The position numbers were made by a program, and so were the translations under genes. Of a DNA stretch of 64,000 nt, positions 18,748 to 30,135 are shown in pieces; position 1 is the stretch's first letter, and every line of letters begins with the position of its first letter. The notes under the pieces were generated by a model, which was given only the letters and a program-made list of their open reading frames with translations, ran no database searches and was not told the origin of the DNA. Origin of the DNA: a plasmid; the sequence record NZ_CP024426.1; one strand, written 5' to 3'.

Positions 18748-18814
18748 GCCCACGGCGGCGCGCGCGTTTCATCCTGCCGCGTCGCGCCGCATGCGGGGAA
18801 ACCGCCGTCCGCCT

Positions 18815-19855
18815 TCACGCCCCCGCCGCTGCCGCTGCCGGGGCGTGGCCGCGCCGGTATTCGGCGGGGCTTTGTCCCGACCAGCGGCGAAAGGCGCGGC
18901 TGAAGCTCGTTTCGTCGCGATAGCCCGCCAGATGGGCGATGCGCTTGATGGGCAGCGTCCCACGCACCAGCAGGCCCGCCGCCCGTTCAAGCCGGGCCCG
19001 GGTTTTCAGCGCGGCAAGCGACGTGCCTTCGTCGCGCAGGTGCCGCTGCAGGCTGCGCAGCGATATGCCCAGGGACGCCGCGATGGTCTCGGCGTCGGGC
19101 TGGGCGGCAGGGGGTGCCGACGCCAGCAGCGCCGTGATCCGGTGCGACAGCAGCCGGTCCTGGCGATAGACGCGCGCCATCAGCGGGATCGGCTGGCGCA
19201 GCAGCGTGCGCAGGTCGCGGTCGTCGCGCACGACGGGCAGCTCCAGATAGGCCGCATCCATGACCAGCCCCGCCGTATCCGCGCCAAAGCGCACAGGCCC
19301 GGGAAACATCCGGCGCAGCGCCTCGGCCCAGGGCGGTGCGTCGAAGGGGAAATGCGCCTCGCGCAGGGGAATGCGGCTGTCGGCCAGCCAGCAGCCAACG
19401 CCGTGCAGGTTGCGCAGCAGGCTGACCAGGCAGAACCGTCGCAGGGGTCCCGGCGCGCGCGCCTCGGCCACGCGGACCCGGGCGGCATCGCTGTCGCGGG
19501 CAAGGGTCAGGCGGACGTCCTCGGTCAGCAGGTTGTGGTGCCGGCACCAGCGCCCCAGCGCCACCCCCAGATCGGGCGACGGCAGCGACGCGCGCAGCAC
19601 CATCCCGTAGCTGCCCCAAGGCAGGCGGCGCGAAAACCAGCCGAGCGCCTCGTCGTCGAGTTCGCGCATGGCGTGGGCGGACAGCGCCTCGAACCGCTCG
19701 AGCGCGACCAGCCCCTGCGGATCGGCCAGATCGACCGGGCCCAGCCCCGCCGCCGCCAGCGCAGGTCCCGCGTCCATGCCCCGGTCCGCATAGGCGCGCA
19801 GGATCGCCTGGACAAAGGCGACCGGGGTCTGGCGGCGCGACAGCGACTTGCGCAT
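18815..19855 (-). CDS. AraC-family transcriptional regulator (divergent to the liu operon)
   Basis: C-terminal AraC HTH (IAASLGISLRSLQRHL... IKRIAHLAGYRDETSFSRAFRRWSGQSPAEYR); N-terminal ligand-binding domain; start MRKSLSRRQ at the complement of 19853-19855. The upstream part of the 917-aa ORF is antisense to ivd and is rejected. Confidence 0.85.
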   Translation of the reverse strand: MRKSLSRRQTPVAFVQAILRAYADRGMDAGPALAAAGLGPVDLADPQGLVALERFEALSAHAMRELDDEALGWFSRRLPWGSYGMVLRASLPSPDLGVALGRWCRHHNLLTEDVRLTLARDSDAARVRVAEARAPGPLRRFCLVSLLRNLHGVGCWLADSRIPLREAHFPFDAPPWAEALRRMFPGPVRFGADTAGLVMDAAYLELPVVRDDRDLRTLLRQPIPLMARVYRQDRLLSHRITALLASAPPAAQPDAETIAASLGISLRSLQRHLRDEGTSLAALKTRARLERAAGLLVRGTLPIKRIAHLAGYRDETSFSRAFRRWSGQSPAEYRRGHAPAAAAAGA

Positions 19856-20026
19856 GAACGGGTCCTTTCGTGGCGCATCCTGCACAGGATCTGGCGCCGA
19901 ATGCAATCCGGCCGCCGCTAAGCTGCCCGTGGGGAGAGAGAGGGACAGCACGGCCGCCTTTGGCGGTCTGCCGGCCCATCCCCGCAAGGCACAGGCAGGA
20001 CCCGCCCGGCGGATGGAGGAAAGAAC

Positions 20027-21190
20027 ATGTTCAACGCGGTGATGAATTTCGGTCTGGGCGCGGACATCGAGGCGCTGCGCGACACGGTGCGCCGCTTTGC
20101 CGCGGCCGAGATCGCGCCCCGCGCCGCCCGGATCGACGCCGAGAACGAGTTCCCGCAGGACCTGTGGCGCAAGCTGGGCGACCTGGGCCTGCTGGGCATC
20201 ACCGTGCCCGAGGAGGACGGCGGCGCCGGCATGGGCTATCTCGCGCATTGCATCGCGATCGAGGAGATCAGCCGCGCCTCGGCCTCGGTGGGGCTGTCCT
20301 ATGGCGCGCATTCGAACCTGTGCGTGAACCAGATGCGGCGCTGGGGCACGGCGGACCAGAAGGCGCGCTACCTGCCCGGGCTGATCTCGGGTGCGCAGGT
20401 CGGCGCGCTGGCCATGTCCGAGCCCGGCGCGGGGTCCGACGTGGTCGGCATGAAGCTGCGCGCGACCCGCGACGGCGACACCTATGTGCTGAACGGCAAC
20501 AAGATGTGGATCACCAACGGCCCCGACGCCAGCACCCTGATCGTCTATGCCAAGACCGACCCCGAGGCCGGGCCGCGCGGCATCACCGCCTTCATCGTCG
20601 AACGCGGGATGGCAGGCTTTTCGACGGCGCAAAAGCTGGACAAGCTGGGGATGCGGGGCTCGAACACCTGCGAGCTGGTGTTCCAGGACTGCCGCGTCCC
20701 GGCGGAAAACGTGCTGGGTCAGGTCGGCCAGGGCGTCAAGGTGCTGATGTCGGGGCTGGATTACGAACGCGTCGTGCTGGCCGCCGGCCCGCTGGGCATC
20801 ATGGCGGCCGCGCTGGATATCGTCGTGCCCTATGTCCACCAGCGCGAACAGTTTGGCCAGCCCATCGGCAGCTTCCAGTTGATGCAGGGCAAGATCGCGG
20901 ACATGTATACCACGATGAACGCCTGCCGGGCCTATGTCTATGCCGTGGCCGCCGCCTGCGACCGGGGCGAGACCACGCGCCAGGACAGCGCCGGCTGCAT
21001 CCTCTATGCCGCCGAAAAGGCGACGCAGGTGGCGCTGGAGGCGATCCAGTGCCTGGGCGGCAACGGCTATATCAACGAGTTCGCCACCGGCCGGCTGCTG
21101 CGCGACGCCAAGCTTTACGAGATCGGCGCCGGCACCTCGGAAATCCGGCGGATGCTGATCGGCCGCGAAATCTTTGCGCAGACGGCCTGA
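20027..21190 (+). CDS. ivd: Isovaleryl-CoA dehydrogenase
   Basis: Acyl-CoA dehydrogenase fold, 387 aa, strong IVD-like sequence ([32 protein letters not shown]..., GGNGYINEF); RBS GGAGGAAAG. Confidence 0.9.
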   Translation: MFNAVMNFGLGADIEALRDTVRRFAAAEIAPRAARIDAENEFPQDLWRKLGDLGLLGITVPEEDGGAGMGYLAHCIAIEEISRASASVGLSYGAHSNLCVNQMRRWGTADQKARYLPGLISGAQVGALAMSEPGAGSDVVGMKLRATRDGDTYVLNGNKMWITNGPDASTLIVYAKTDPEAGPRGITAFIVERGMAGFSTAQKLDKLGMRGSNTCELVFQDCRVPAENVLGQVGQGVKVLMSGLDYERVVLAAGPLGIMAAALDIVVPYVHQREQFGQPIGSFQLMQGKIADMYTTMNACRAYVYAVAAACDRGETTRQDSAGCILYAAEKATQVALEAIQCLGGNGYINEFATGRLLRDAKLYEIGAGTSEIRRMLIGREIFAQTA

Positions 21191-21193
21191 GCC

Positions 21194-22801
21194 ATGGCCC
21201 GCATCGCCAGCCAGATCGCCCCCGGATCGCCCGAATTCGCCGCCAATGCGGCCCGGATGCAGGCGCTGATCGCCGAAACCGCGGCGCTTGCCGAACAGAC
21301 CATGCGGGGCGGCGACGCAAAGTCGCGCGACCGCCATGTCGCGCGCGGCAAGCTGCTGCCCCGGGACCGGGTGGCGCGGCTGCTGGACCCGGGCAGCCCC
21401 TTTCTGGAAATCGGCCTGTTCGCCGCGCATGGTGTCTATGACAGCGCCATTCCGGCTGCGGGCGTGGTCGCGGGCATCGGAAGGGTGTCGGGGCGGGACT
21501 GCATGATCCTGTCGAACGACGCCACCGTCAAGGGCGGCACCTATTACCCGCTGACGGTCAAGAAGCACCTGCGCGCGCAGGAGATCGCCCAGGAAAACCG
21601 CCTGCCCTGCATCTATCTGGTGGATTCGGGCGGCGCCAACCTACCCAACCAGGACGAGGTCTTTCCCGACCGCGACCATTTCGGCCGCATCTTCTACAAC
21701 CAGGCCAGGATGAGCGCGCAGGGCATCGCCCAGATCGCCGTCGTCATGGGCTCCTGCACCGCCGGCGGCGCCTATGTCCCGGCGATGAGCGACCAGACCA
21801 TCATCGTGCGCGATCAGGGCACGATCTTTCTGGCCGGCCCGCCGCTGGTCAAGGCCGCCACCGGCGAGGTGGTCGATGCCGAGACGCTGGGCGGCGGCGA
21901 CACCCACACCCGGCTGTCCGGCGTCGCCGACTACCTGGCCGAGGACGACGCCCATGCCATCGCCCTGGCCCGGCAGGCGGTGGCGAACCTCGGCCCCGCG
22001 CCCACGCCGTCCATCCCGCTGCGGGCGTCCGTCGCCCCGGTGCTGGACCCCGCCCAGATCCCCGGCGTCATCCCCGTCGACGCCAAGACCCCCTATGACA
22101 TCCGCGAGATCATCGGCCGCATCGTCGACGGCTCGGATTTCGAGGAGTTCAAGGAGCGTTTCGGCACCACGCTGGTCTGCGGCTTTGCCCATGTCGACGG
22201 CATCCCCATAGGCATCATCGCCAACAACGGCGTGCTGTTTTCCGAAAGCGCCCAAAAGGGCGCGCATTTCATCGAACTTTGCTGCCAGCGGAAAATCCCG
22301 CTGCTGTTCTTGCAAAACATCACCGGCTTCATGGTCGGCCAGAAATACGAGGCCGGCGGGATCGCCCGCGACGGCGCGAAGCTGGTGCAGGCGGTCTCTA
22401 CCGCAGCGGTGCCCAAGGTGACGGTGATCGTCGGCGGCTCGTTCGGGGCCGGGAACTATGGCATGTGCGGGCGCGCCTTCGGCCCGCGCTTTCTGTGGAT
22501 GTGGCCCAACGCCCGCATCGCCGTCATGGGGGGCGAGCAGGCCGCCGGGGTGCTGGCCACCGTGCGCCGCGCCGCCGTCGAGGCACGCGGCGGCAGCGTC
22601 TCGGACGCCGAGGAAGCGGCGCTGAAGCAGCCCGTCCTGGACCAGTTCGAAACGCAGTCGCATCCGCTTTATGCCTCGGCCCGGCTGTGGGACGACGGCA
22701 TCATCGACCCGCGCACGACCCGCGACGTGGTGGCGCTGTCCCTGCGCGCCTGCCTGAACGCGCCGGTCGAGGACACGCGCTTTGGCGTCTTTCGCATGTA
22801 A
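21194..22801 (+). CDS. mccB: Methylcrotonyl-CoA carboxylase carboxyltransferase (beta) subunit
   Basis: 535 aa carboxyltransferase with two crotonase-like halves; immediately follows ivd. Confidence 0.9.
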   Translation: MARIASQIAPGSPEFAANAARMQALIAETAALAEQTMRGGDAKSRDRHVARGKLLPRDRVARLLDPGSPFLEIGLFAAHGVYDSAIPAAGVVAGIGRVSGRDCMILSNDATVKGGTYYPLTVKKHLRAQEIAQENRLPCIYLVDSGGANLPNQDEVFPDRDHFGRIFYNQARMSAQGIAQIAVVMGSCTAGGAYVPAMSDQTIIVRDQGTIFLAGPPLVKAATGEVVDAETLGGGDTHTRLSGVADYLAEDDAHAIALARQAVANLGPAPTPSIPLRASVAPVLDPAQIPGVIPVDAKTPYDIREIIGRIVDGSDFEEFKERFGTTLVCGFAHVDGIPIGIIANNGVLFSESAQKGAHFIELCCQRKIPLLFLQNITGFMVGQKYEAGGIARDGAKLVQAVSTAAVPKVTVIVGGSFGAGNYGMCGRAFGPRFLWMWPNARIAVMGGEQAAGVLATVRRAAVEARGGSVSDAEEAALKQPVLDQFETQSHPLYASARLWDDGIIDPRTTRDVVALSLRACLNAPVEDTRFGVFRM

Positions 22802-22811
22802 GGGGGCAGGC

Positions 22812-24764
22812 ATGTTCACGAAAATCCTGATCGCCAACCGGGGCGAAATCGCCTGCCGCGTCATCGACACCGCCCGCCGCATGGGCATCGCCACGGTCGC
22901 GGTCTATTCCGATGCCGACGCCGATGCCCGCCACCGCGACCTGGCGGACGAGGCGGTCTACATCGGCCCCGCCCCCGCCGCCGACAGCTATCTGCGCGGC
23001 GATCGCATCATCGCGGCGGCCCTGGAAACCGGGGCGCAGGCGATCCATCCGGGCTATGGCTTCCTGTCGGAAAATCCGGGCTTCGTGCAGGCCGTGCAGG
23101 ACGCGGGGCTGGTCTTCATCGGCCCTTCGGCCGCCTCGATCCGGGCCATGGGGCTCAAGGACGCGGCCAAGGCGCTGATGGAGGCCGCCGGCGTCCCGGT
23201 CGTGCCGGGCTATCACGGCGAAAACCAGGACGCGGCCTTCCTGGCCGAGCAGGCGGCGCGCATCGGCTATCCGGTCCTCATCAAGGCCCGCGCCGGCGGC
23301 GGTGGCAAGGGGATGCGGCGGGTCGCCGACCCCGCCGATTTCGCCGCCGCCCTGGAAGGCGCGCAGCGCGAGGGACAGTCCAGTTTCGGCGACCCCGCCG
23401 TGCTGATCGAGAAATACATCACCACCCCCCGCCACATCGAAGTGCAGGTCTTTGGCGACAGCCACGGCACCATCGTCCACCTCTATGAACGCGACTGTTC
23501 GCTGCAGCGCCGCCATCAGAAGGTGATCGAGGAGGCCCCCGCCCCCGACATGCCGCCCGAGGTCCGCACCGCGATGACCCAGGCCGCCGTCCAGGCCGCC
23601 CGTGCGGTGGATTACCGGAACGCCGGCACCGTCGAGTTCATCGCCGACGGCTCGGGCCCGCTGCGCGCCGACGGGTTCTGGTTCATGGAGATGAACACCC
23701 GGCTTCAGGTCGAACATCCCGTGACCGAGGCGATCACCGGCCTCGACCTGGTCGAATGGCAGCTGCGCGTGGCCGCGGGCGAACCTCTGCCCCTGACGCA
23801 GGACCGGATCGGGCTGACCGGCCACGCCTTCGAGGCCCGGATCTATGCCGAAGACCCCGCCCGCGACTTCCTGCCCGCGCCGGGGCCGCTGGTGCACGTG
23901 GCCTTCCCCGAAGGCGCGCGCATCGACACCGGCGTGCGCGGCGGCGACCGGATCAGCCCGCATTACGACCCGATGATCGCCAAGCTGACCACCCATGCCG
24001 CGACGCGGCAGCAGGCGCTGTCGGCGCTGCACCGCGCGCTTGGGCAGACCCATATCGCGGGCACGGCGACGAACCTGGGCTTTCTGCAGGCGCTGTGCCG
24101 CGACCCCGATTTCGCCGCAGGGCGCATGGACACCGGGCTGATCGGCCGCAAGCAGGAGGCGCTGACCCATGTGCCGGACCCCGACGACGCGGCCTTCCTG
24201 TTCGCGGCGCTGGCGGCGCTGAATCTGGACCCCGCGGCACCGCAGGCCGGGCTCCGGCTGTGGGGGCCGGCCAGCCTGCATGTCGACCTTGCCCACGGCA
24301 AGGAGCGGATCGCCCGCGATCTGCACCTGCTGGGCCCGGGCCATGTCGCGGTGGGCGACAGCGCCTTCACCGCCGTTGCCCTGGGCGCGGACGGCACCGC
24401 CCGCGCGCGCCGGAACGGGCGCAACCTGACGGCGCGCGTGGCGCGGCGGGGCGACGCCGTCTCGGTCCTGCTGGACGGGCGGATCACCGATTTCGCGCGG
24501 ATCGACCCGCTGGCCGTGGAACGCGCGAGCGGCGCGGGCGACGGCCGGATCGCCGCGCCGATGACCGGGCTCGTGCGCGCGGTTCCCGCCATGGCCGGCG
24601 CCCGGGTCGCGCCGGGCGACATCCTGGTGGTGATCGAGGCGATGAAGATGGAACACAGCCTGCGCGCCGCGGGCGCCGGCACCGTCCAGGCCATCCATTG
24701 CGCGGTCGGCGACACCGTGGCCGACGGTGCGCTGCTGGTGGAGCTGGAGCCCGCCGATGCCTGA
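22812..24764 (+). CDS. mccA: Methylcrotonyl-CoA carboxylase biotin-carboxylase/BCCP (alpha) subunit
   Basis: Biotin carboxylase N-terminus MFTKILIANRGEIACRV; ATP-grasp domain; C-terminal biotinyl motif EAMKMEH. Confidence 0.9.
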   Translation: MFTKILIANRGEIACRVIDTARRMGIATVAVYSDADADARHRDLADEAVYIGPAPAADSYLRGDRIIAAALETGAQAIHPGYGFLSENPGFVQAVQDAGLVFIGPSAASIRAMGLKDAAKALMEAAGVPVVPGYHGENQDAAFLAEQAARIGYPVLIKARAGGGGKGMRRVADPADFAAALEGAQREGQSSFGDPAVLIEKYITTPRHIEVQVFGDSHGTIVHLYERDCSLQRRHQKVIEEAPAPDMPPEVRTAMTQAAVQAARAVDYRNAGTVEFIADGSGPLRADGFWFMEMNTRLQVEHPVTEAITGLDLVEWQLRVAAGEPLPLTQDRIGLTGHAFEARIYAEDPARDFLPAPGPLVHVAFPEGARIDTGVRGGDRISPHYDPMIAKLTTHAATRQQALSALHRALGQTHIAGTATNLGFLQALCRDPDFAAGRMDTGLIGRKQEALTHVPDPDDAAFLFAALAALNLDPAAPQAGLRLWGPASLHVDLAHGKERIARDLHLLGPGHVAVGDSAFTAVALGADGTARARRNGRNLTARVARRGDAVSVLLDGRITDFARIDPLAVERASGAGDGRIAAPMTGLVRAVPAMAGARVAPGDILVVIEAMKMEHSLRAAGAGTVQAIHCAVGDTVADGALLVELEPADA

Positions 24765-25617
24765 GCCGGTCACGATATACGAGGTCGGCCCCCGCGACGG
24801 CCTGCAGAACGAACCGGGTTTCGTTGCCACCGAAACCAAGGTCGCGCTGATCGACCTGCTTTCGGACACCGGGCTGACCCGGATCGAGGCCGCCAGCTTC
24901 GTGTCCCCGAGATGGGTGCCGCAGATGGCCGACGCGGCCGAGGTGATGGCCGCCATCCACCGCCGCCCCGGCATCCGCTATGCCGCCCTGACCCCGAACA
25001 TGCAGGGGTTTCAGGCGGCGCAGGCGGCCCGCGCGGACGAGGTCGCGATCTTCGCCTCGGCCTCGGAAGGGTTCAGCCGGCGCAACATCAACTGCTCGAT
25101 CGCCGAAAGCCTTGCGCGCTTCGAGCCCGTGGCGCAGGCGGCGCGAGCGGCGGGCATTCCCCTGCGCGGCTATGTGTCCTGCGTGGTGGAATGTCCCTAT
25201 GACGGCGCGGTCGCGCCCGAGGCGGTGCGCCGCGTGACCCAGGCGCTGCTGGACATGGGCTGCTATCAGGTTTCGCTGGGCGATACCATCGGGCGGGCCG
25301 GGCCCGACGACATCGACCGGCTGCTGGCCCACCTGGACGCGGCCATCGACCCGGTGCGGCTGGCCGGGCATTTCCACGACACCGGCGGCCGCGCGCTTGA
25401 AAACGTCGCCGTGGCGCTGGACCACGGGCTGCGCACCTTCGACAGCGCCATCGGCGGGCTTGGCGGCTGCCCCTATGCACCGGGCGCGCGGGGCAATGTC
25501 TCGACCCTGCCCCTGGCGCGGATGCTGGCGGACGCCGGCTGGGACGCGGGGCTGGACCTTGGCCTGCTGGCGCGGGCCGAGGCGTTCATGGCCACCCTCA
25601 AGGCGGAAAGCGCATGA
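24757..25617 (+). CDS. hmgL: Hydroxymethylglutaryl-CoA lyase
   Basis: MPEPVTIYEVGPRDGLQNE (HMGL-like TIM barrel); start overlaps the mccA stop (ATGCCTGA). Confidence 0.9.
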   Translation: MPEPVTIYEVGPRDGLQNEPGFVATETKVALIDLLSDTGLTRIEAASFVSPRWVPQMADAAEVMAAIHRRPGIRYAALTPNMQGFQAAQAARADEVAIFASASEGFSRRNINCSIAESLARFEPVAQAARAAGIPLRGYVSCVVECPYDGAVAPEAVRRVTQALLDMGCYQVSLGDTIGRAGPDDIDRLLAHLDAAIDPVRLAGHFHDTGGRALENVAVALDHGLRTFDSAIGGLGGCPYAPGARGNVSTLPLARMLADAGWDAGLDLGLLARAEAFMATLKAESA

Positions 25618-26375
25618 TGCGGACCATCCTGATCCAGCGCGATGCACAGGGCATCGCCACCCTGACCCTGAACCGCCCGGACAAGCATCACGCGATGGAT
25701 GCCCGGATGATCGGCGAACTGACCGAGGCGGCGGCCCTGCTGGGCGAGGACGCCGATGTGCGCGCGGTGGTGCTGGCCTCGACCGGGCCGACGTTCTGCG
25801 CCGGGGGCGACCTGGAATGGATGCGAGCCCAGCAGGCGGCCGACCGCGCCGGCAAGATGGCCGAGGCGGGGCGGCTGTCGGCGATGCTGGCGGCGCTGAA
25901 CGCGCTGCCGAAACCGCTGATCGCGCGGGTCCAGGGCCATGCCTATGGCGGTGGGCTGGGGCTGATCGCGGTCAGCGACATCGCCATCGCGGCGACCGGC
26001 GTGCGGCTGGCGCTGACCGAGACGCGGCTGGGCCTGATCCCCGCGACCATCGGCCCCTTCGTCGTCGCCCGCATGGGCCAGGGCATGGCGCGGCAGGTGT
26101 TCTTTACCGGCCAGGCCTTCGGCACCGATTTCGCCCTGCGCGCAGGGCTGATCCACGACGCCTGCCTGCCGGAGGCGCTGGAGGAGCGCGTCGCGGCCAC
26201 GGCGGCGGCCGTGCTGAAGACGGCACCGGGGGCGGTGGCGCGGGCCAAGGCGCTGTGCCTGCGGCTGGGACGCGATCAGGCGGACGACATCGCTGCCTCG
26301 ATCACCGCGCTGGCCGATTGCTGGGAAAGCCCCGAGGCGCAGGACCGCATCCGCGCCTTTCTGGGGCAGCGATGA
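25614..26375 (+). CDS. liuC: Enoyl-CoA hydratase (methylglutaconyl-CoA hydratase type)
   Basis: Crotonase fold, 253 aa, with GGGLGLIAVSDIAIA oxyanion-hole region; start overlaps the hmgL stop (ATGATG). Confidence 0.8.
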   Translation: MMRTILIQRDAQGIATLTLNRPDKHHAMDARMIGELTEAAALLGEDADVRAVVLASTGPTFCAGGDLEWMRAQQAADRAGKMAEAGRLSAMLAALNALPKPLIARVQGHAYGGGLGLIAVSDIAIAATGVRLALTETRLGLIPATIGPFVVARMGQGMARQVFFTGQAFGTDFALRAGLIHDACLPEALEERVAATAAAVLKTAPGAVARAKALCLRLGRDQADDIAASITALADCWESPEAQDRIRAFLGQR

Positions 26376-26399
26376 CAGGAAAAGGGGAGGGAGGATTTC

Positions 26400-28088
26400 A
26401 TGGGGGAACCAAGCTATGTGTCCGGGGTCTCGGACCAGCCGCTGCTGGGCATGACCATCGGCCAGGCTCTGGACCGGGCGGCGCGGGAATGGCCGGGGCA
26501 GCAGGCGCTGGTCGCCCCCGCCCAGGGCATCCGCTGGACCTGGGCCGAACTGCGCGAACGCGCCGAGGCGCTGGCCGCCGGCCTGCTGGCGCTTGGCCTT
26601 CGGCGCGGCAACCGCATCGGGATCTGGTCGCTCAACCGCGCGGAATGGGCGCTGGTGCAATTCGCCGCCGCCCGCGCGGGACTGGTGCTGGTCACGATCA
26701 ACCCCGCCTACCGCCTGACCGAGCTGGAATACGCGCTGAACAAGGTCGGCTGCGCGGCGCTGGTCACGGCGACCGCGTTCAAGTCCAGCGACTACATGGG
26801 GATGCTGGAAACGCTGGCACCGGAACTGGCCGCGTCCGATCCCGGGCGGCTGTCCTGCGCCCGGCTGCCGAACCTGCGCACGGTGATCCAGATCGGCGGC
26901 CCGGCGCGGGATGGCTGCATCGGCTTTGACGCGGTGGCGGACCTGGGCGGCCCCGCCGAACAGGGCGAACTGGCCCGGCTGGCCGGCGCGTTGCAGTTCG
27001 ATGACCCGATCAACATCCAGTTCACCAGCGGCACCACGGGCTCGCCCAAGGGCGTGACGCTGACCCACCACAACATCCTGAACAACGGCTATTTCGTCGG
27101 CCGCGCGCTGAAGCTGTCGCCCGAGGACCGGATCTGTATCCCGGTGCCGCTGTATCACTGCTTCGGCATGGTCATGGGCAACCTGGCGGCCGTGACCCAT
27201 GGCGCGGCGATGGTCTATCCCGGCGAGGGCTTCGACCCGCTGGCCACGCTGGAAACGGTCCAGGCCGAACGCTGCACCGCGCTTTACGGCGTGCCGACGA
27301 TGTTCATTGCCGAACTCGAACATCCCGAATTCGACCGCTTCGACCTGTCGTCGCTGCGCACCGGGATCATGGCGGGATCGCCCTGCCCCATCGAGGTGAT
27401 GAAGAAGGTGGTTCAGCGCATGCACATGCGCGACGTGACGATCGCCTATGGCATGACCGAAACCAGCCCGGTCAGCTTTCAAAGCGCGACCGACGACCCG
27501 CTGGACCGGCGCGTTTCGACCGTGGGCCGCATCCATCCGCATCTTGAGGTCAAGGTGGTGGACGCCGATGGCCGCATCGTGCCGCGCGGCGAGCCGGGCG
27601 AATTGTGCACCCGCGGCTATTCGGTGATGCTGGGCTATTGGGACGACCCCGAAAAGACCGCCGAGGTCATCGACGCGGGCGGGTGGATGCACACGGGCGA
27701 CCTGGCCCGGATCGACGATCAGGGCTATTGCAACATCGTCGGCCGCATCAAGGACATGGTGATCCGGGGCGGCGAGAACCTGTATCCGACCGAGATCGAG
27801 GAATTCCTGTTCACCCATCCCAAGATCCGCTCGGTCCAGGTCTTCGGCGTCGCCGACCACCGCTTCGGCGAAGAGCTTTGCGCCTGGATCGTGCTGCGCG
27901 ACGGCGCGGCGATGACCGATGACGAGGTCCGCGATTTCTGCCGCGGCCAGATCGCGCACCAGAAGATCCCGCGCTATGTCGAATTCGTCGAAAGCTTCCC
28001 GATGACCGTGACCGGCAAGGTGCAGAAGTTCATCATGCGCCGCGAGGTCGAGGCGCGGCTGGGCCTGGTGGCCGAGGAGACGGCATAG
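26400..28088 (+). CDS. AMP-dependent acyl-CoA synthetase/ligase
   Basis: AMP-binding motif [25 protein letters not shown], and a final K in TGKVQK; 562 aa. Confidence 0.85.
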   Translation: MGEPSYVSGVSDQPLLGMTIGQALDRAAREWPGQQALVAPAQGIRWTWAELRERAEALAAGLLALGLRRGNRIGIWSLNRAEWALVQFAAARAGLVLVTINPAYRLTELEYALNKVGCAALVTATAFKSSDYMGMLETLAPELAASDPGRLSCARLPNLRTVIQIGGPARDGCIGFDAVADLGGPAEQGELARLAGALQFDDPINIQFTSGTTGSPKGVTLTHHNILNNGYFVGRALKLSPEDRICIPVPLYHCFGMVMGNLAAVTHGAAMVYPGEGFDPLATLETVQAERCTALYGVPTMFIAELEHPEFDRFDLSSLRTGIMAGSPCPIEVMKKVVQRMHMRDVTIAYGMTETSPVSFQSATDDPLDRRVSTVGRIHPHLEVKVVDADGRIVPRGEPGELCTRGYSVMLGYWDDPEKTAEVIDAGGWMHTGDLARIDDQGYCNIVGRIKDMVIRGGENLYPTEIEEFLFTHPKIRSVQVFGVADHRFGEELCAWIVLRDGAAMTDDEVRDFCRGQIAHQKIPRYVEFVESFPMTVTGKVQKFIMRREVEARLGLVAEETA

Positions 28089-28923
28089 GCTCGGCCGCGA
28101 CCTCGGCCCAAAGCGCGCGCAGCATCTTGGCCAGCGCCTGCGATTCCGCCCAGCGGTCGGACAGGTCGTTGCCGTCGGGCCCGGCAATGGCATAGGGCTG
28201 CGGGCCCAGTTCGCAGGTGCAGACCAGCGTGGCACCCGGCGCCGCCCGCGCGCGCCAGTCGCGAAAGCCCTGGCCCCACCAGCCCATGAACAGGTCAAGC
28301 AAGGGGCGATGGTGGGGAAAGGAAATCTCGACCTGGACCTGTTCGCGCGAGGCGACACGGGCGTGAAAGGCCCAGGCGTTTTGCAAGATACGACCGATCA
28401 TGGCGTGGTTTTCGGCATCGACCGGCATGGCGAATTCGCGCCCGACCAGGACATGCGACAGGTCGGCCAGCAGCGGCAGGTCGGGACGCGCCTCCAGCAG
28501 GTCAAGGGTAAAGAACAGGTCGGTGGTCATGCGGTCGCGATGCGTCTCAATCAACACGGGGACGCCGGCTGCCTCGGCCAGCGCCACCCAGCCGTCGAGC
28601 AGCGGCAGGCAGTCCGCGACCCGGCGCGGGCGCACGTCGGGTTGCAGGGTGATGTGACGCACCGGATAGTCCCGCGCCAGTTCCAGCGGCAGGCGCAGGT
28701 CGTCGACCGTCCTGGGAAAGCAGACGCCCTCGATCCCAAGGCCGGTGCCCGCCAGCGCCCGGTCCAGCGCCGCAACCTGCGCGGGGTCGGTGTAATGGGC
28801 GCTGACACCGTCGAACCCCGCGCCCGCGATCAGGGCAATGTTCTCGGGCAGCGCGCGCTCAATCCCGTCGGTCTGGCGCCGCTCCATCGCCCAAAGCGAC
28901 TGGAACACCTGAAAGCCGTGCAT
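28033..28923 (-). CDS. Sugar phosphate isomerase/epimerase (xylose-isomerase-like TIM barrel)
   Basis: Start [18 protein letters not shown] at the complement of 28921-28923; AP-endonuclease-2/XylA-like TIM-barrel pattern; 1-nt start/stop overlap with the upstream reductase gene. Confidence 0.7.
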   Translation of the reverse strand: MHGFQVFQSLWAMERRQTDGIERALPENIALIAGAGFDGVSAHYTDPAQVAALDRALAGTGLGIEGVCFPRTVDDLRLPLELARDYPVRHITLQPDVRPRRVADCLPLLDGWVALAEAAGVPVLIETHRDRMTTDLFFTLDLLEARPDLPLLADLSHVLVGREFAMPVDAENHAMIGRILQNAWAFHARVASREQVQVEISFPHHRPLLDLFMGWWGQGFRDWRARAAPGATLVCTCELGPQPYAIAGPDGNDLSDRWAESQALAKMLRALWAEVAAEPMPSPRPPGPAAPRPRGA

Positions 28924-30119
28924 CACGCCGCCCGCGCGGTTTTCAGCAGCGACTTCAGCGCGACGGCGGGGTCCGCCAAGGCGTCGGGGTCGGGGGACAG
29001 GCCGGCGGCGATCAGCATCTCGGCCAGCTTGATGTCGCGCGCGATGCTGGCGCCGGGACCCAGGCCCGCCGCAGCGACCAGCCGTCCGCCGTCGAGAGAG
29101 AAGGCGATTTCCGCGTCCCCCTGCCGGCGCAGGATCGTGGCGTGATCCGGCCGGGGCAGACCCGCGACCTGCAAGCCCAGATCGTATTGATCCGACCAGA
29201 ACCATGGCAGGCCGGCGAACGCCTGCCCCTGGCCCAGCATGGTGCGCGCCGCCGCCTCGGCCTGGGCGCGGGCATTGCGCCAGCTTTCCTGGCGCAGGTG
29301 GCCGCCGCCCGGCAGCGCCACGGCGGCGCAATCCCCCGCCGCCAGGATATGCGGGTCCGAGGTGACAAGCCGCCCGTCCGTCAGGATGCCGTCGCCGGTC
29401 GCAAGCCCTGCCGCCCGCGCCAGCACGATGTCGGGCGCGACGCCGATGGCGCTGACGACCAGACCCGCCGGAACCCGCCCGCCCGAGGCGAGCAGCACCC
29501 CGTCCGCGTTGATCCCGGCCACGGTCTCGCCCAGGCGAAAGCAGACGCCTTCGGCCAGGTGCCGCTGGTAAAGCGCGGCGGCAAAGCGGGGCGGCACGGC
29601 GCGCGCCAAGGGGGCGGGGCCGGCCTCGATCACCGTCACCGGCAGGCCCATGCCGCGCAGGACGGCGGCAAGCTCCATCCCGATCAGCCCGGCGCCGATG
29701 ATGGCGACGGGCCCGCGCGCGGCGGCAAAGACCGCCTCGGCATCGGCATGGCTGCGGAAGTCCCGCGCCAGATCCGCGCCCGGACAGGACAGCCGCCGGG
29801 GCCGTGCGCCGGTCGCCAGCAGCAGCCGGTCATAGCCAAGGCTGCCCCCCGCCAGCATCACCCGGCGCGCGGCGGGGTCGATCCCCTGCACCACGGTGCC
29901 GGGGCGATAGTCGATACCGGCCCCCGCCAGCGCCGCCGCGTCGCAGATCGGCTTGCGGCGGACGCCAGCCTCGCCAGGTTTGGACAGCGGCGGGCGTTCA
30001 TAGGGCAGGCCGGGTTCCGCCCCGATCAGGGTGACGGGACCGGCCCAGCCCGCCTCGCGCAGCGCAAAGGCCGCGCGGGTGCCGCATTCGCCGGCGCCGC
30101 TGATGACCATGCCGTCCAT
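28923..30119 (-). CDS. FAD-dependent ferredoxin--NAD(P)+ reductase (pyridine nucleotide-disulfide oxidoreductase)
   Basis: Two dinucleotide-binding motifs (VISGAGECGTRAAFAL; VAIIGAGLIGMELAAVL); about 399 aa, typical of Rieske-ferredoxin/rubredoxin reductases. Confidence 0.85.
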   Translation of the reverse strand: MDGMVISGAGECGTRAAFALREAGWAGPVTLIGAEPGLPYERPPLSKPGEAGVRRKPICDAAALAGAGIDYRPGTVVQGIDPAARRVMLAGGSLGYDRLLLATGARPRRLSCPGADLARDFRSHADAEAVFAAARGPVAIIGAGLIGMELAAVLRGMGLPVTVIEAGPAPLARAVPPRFAAALYQRHLAEGVCFRLGETVAGINADGVLLASGGRVPAGLVVSAIGVAPDIVLARAAGLATGDGILTDGRLVTSDPHILAAGDCAAVALPGGGHLRQESWRNARAQAEAAARTMLGQGQAFAGLPWFWSDQYDLGLQVAGLPRPDHATILRRQGDAEIAFSLDGGRLVAAAGLGPGASIARDIKLAEMLIAAGLSPDPDALADPAVALKSLLKTARAA

Positions 30120-30135
30120 GGCGTTCCCCTTGCGA

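Noticed and set aside
18815-21568. 917-aa minus-strand ORF treated as one protein
   Set aside because: Only the C-terminal 346 aa form an AraC regulator starting at MRKSL. The upstream part is antisense to ivd and the divergent promoter.
22701-28358. Long minus-strand ORFs (757 aa at 22701..24974 and 961 aa at 25473..28358) over the mccA-to-ligase region
   Set aside because: They are antisense to strongly supported plus-strand liu genes and have no domain signatures.
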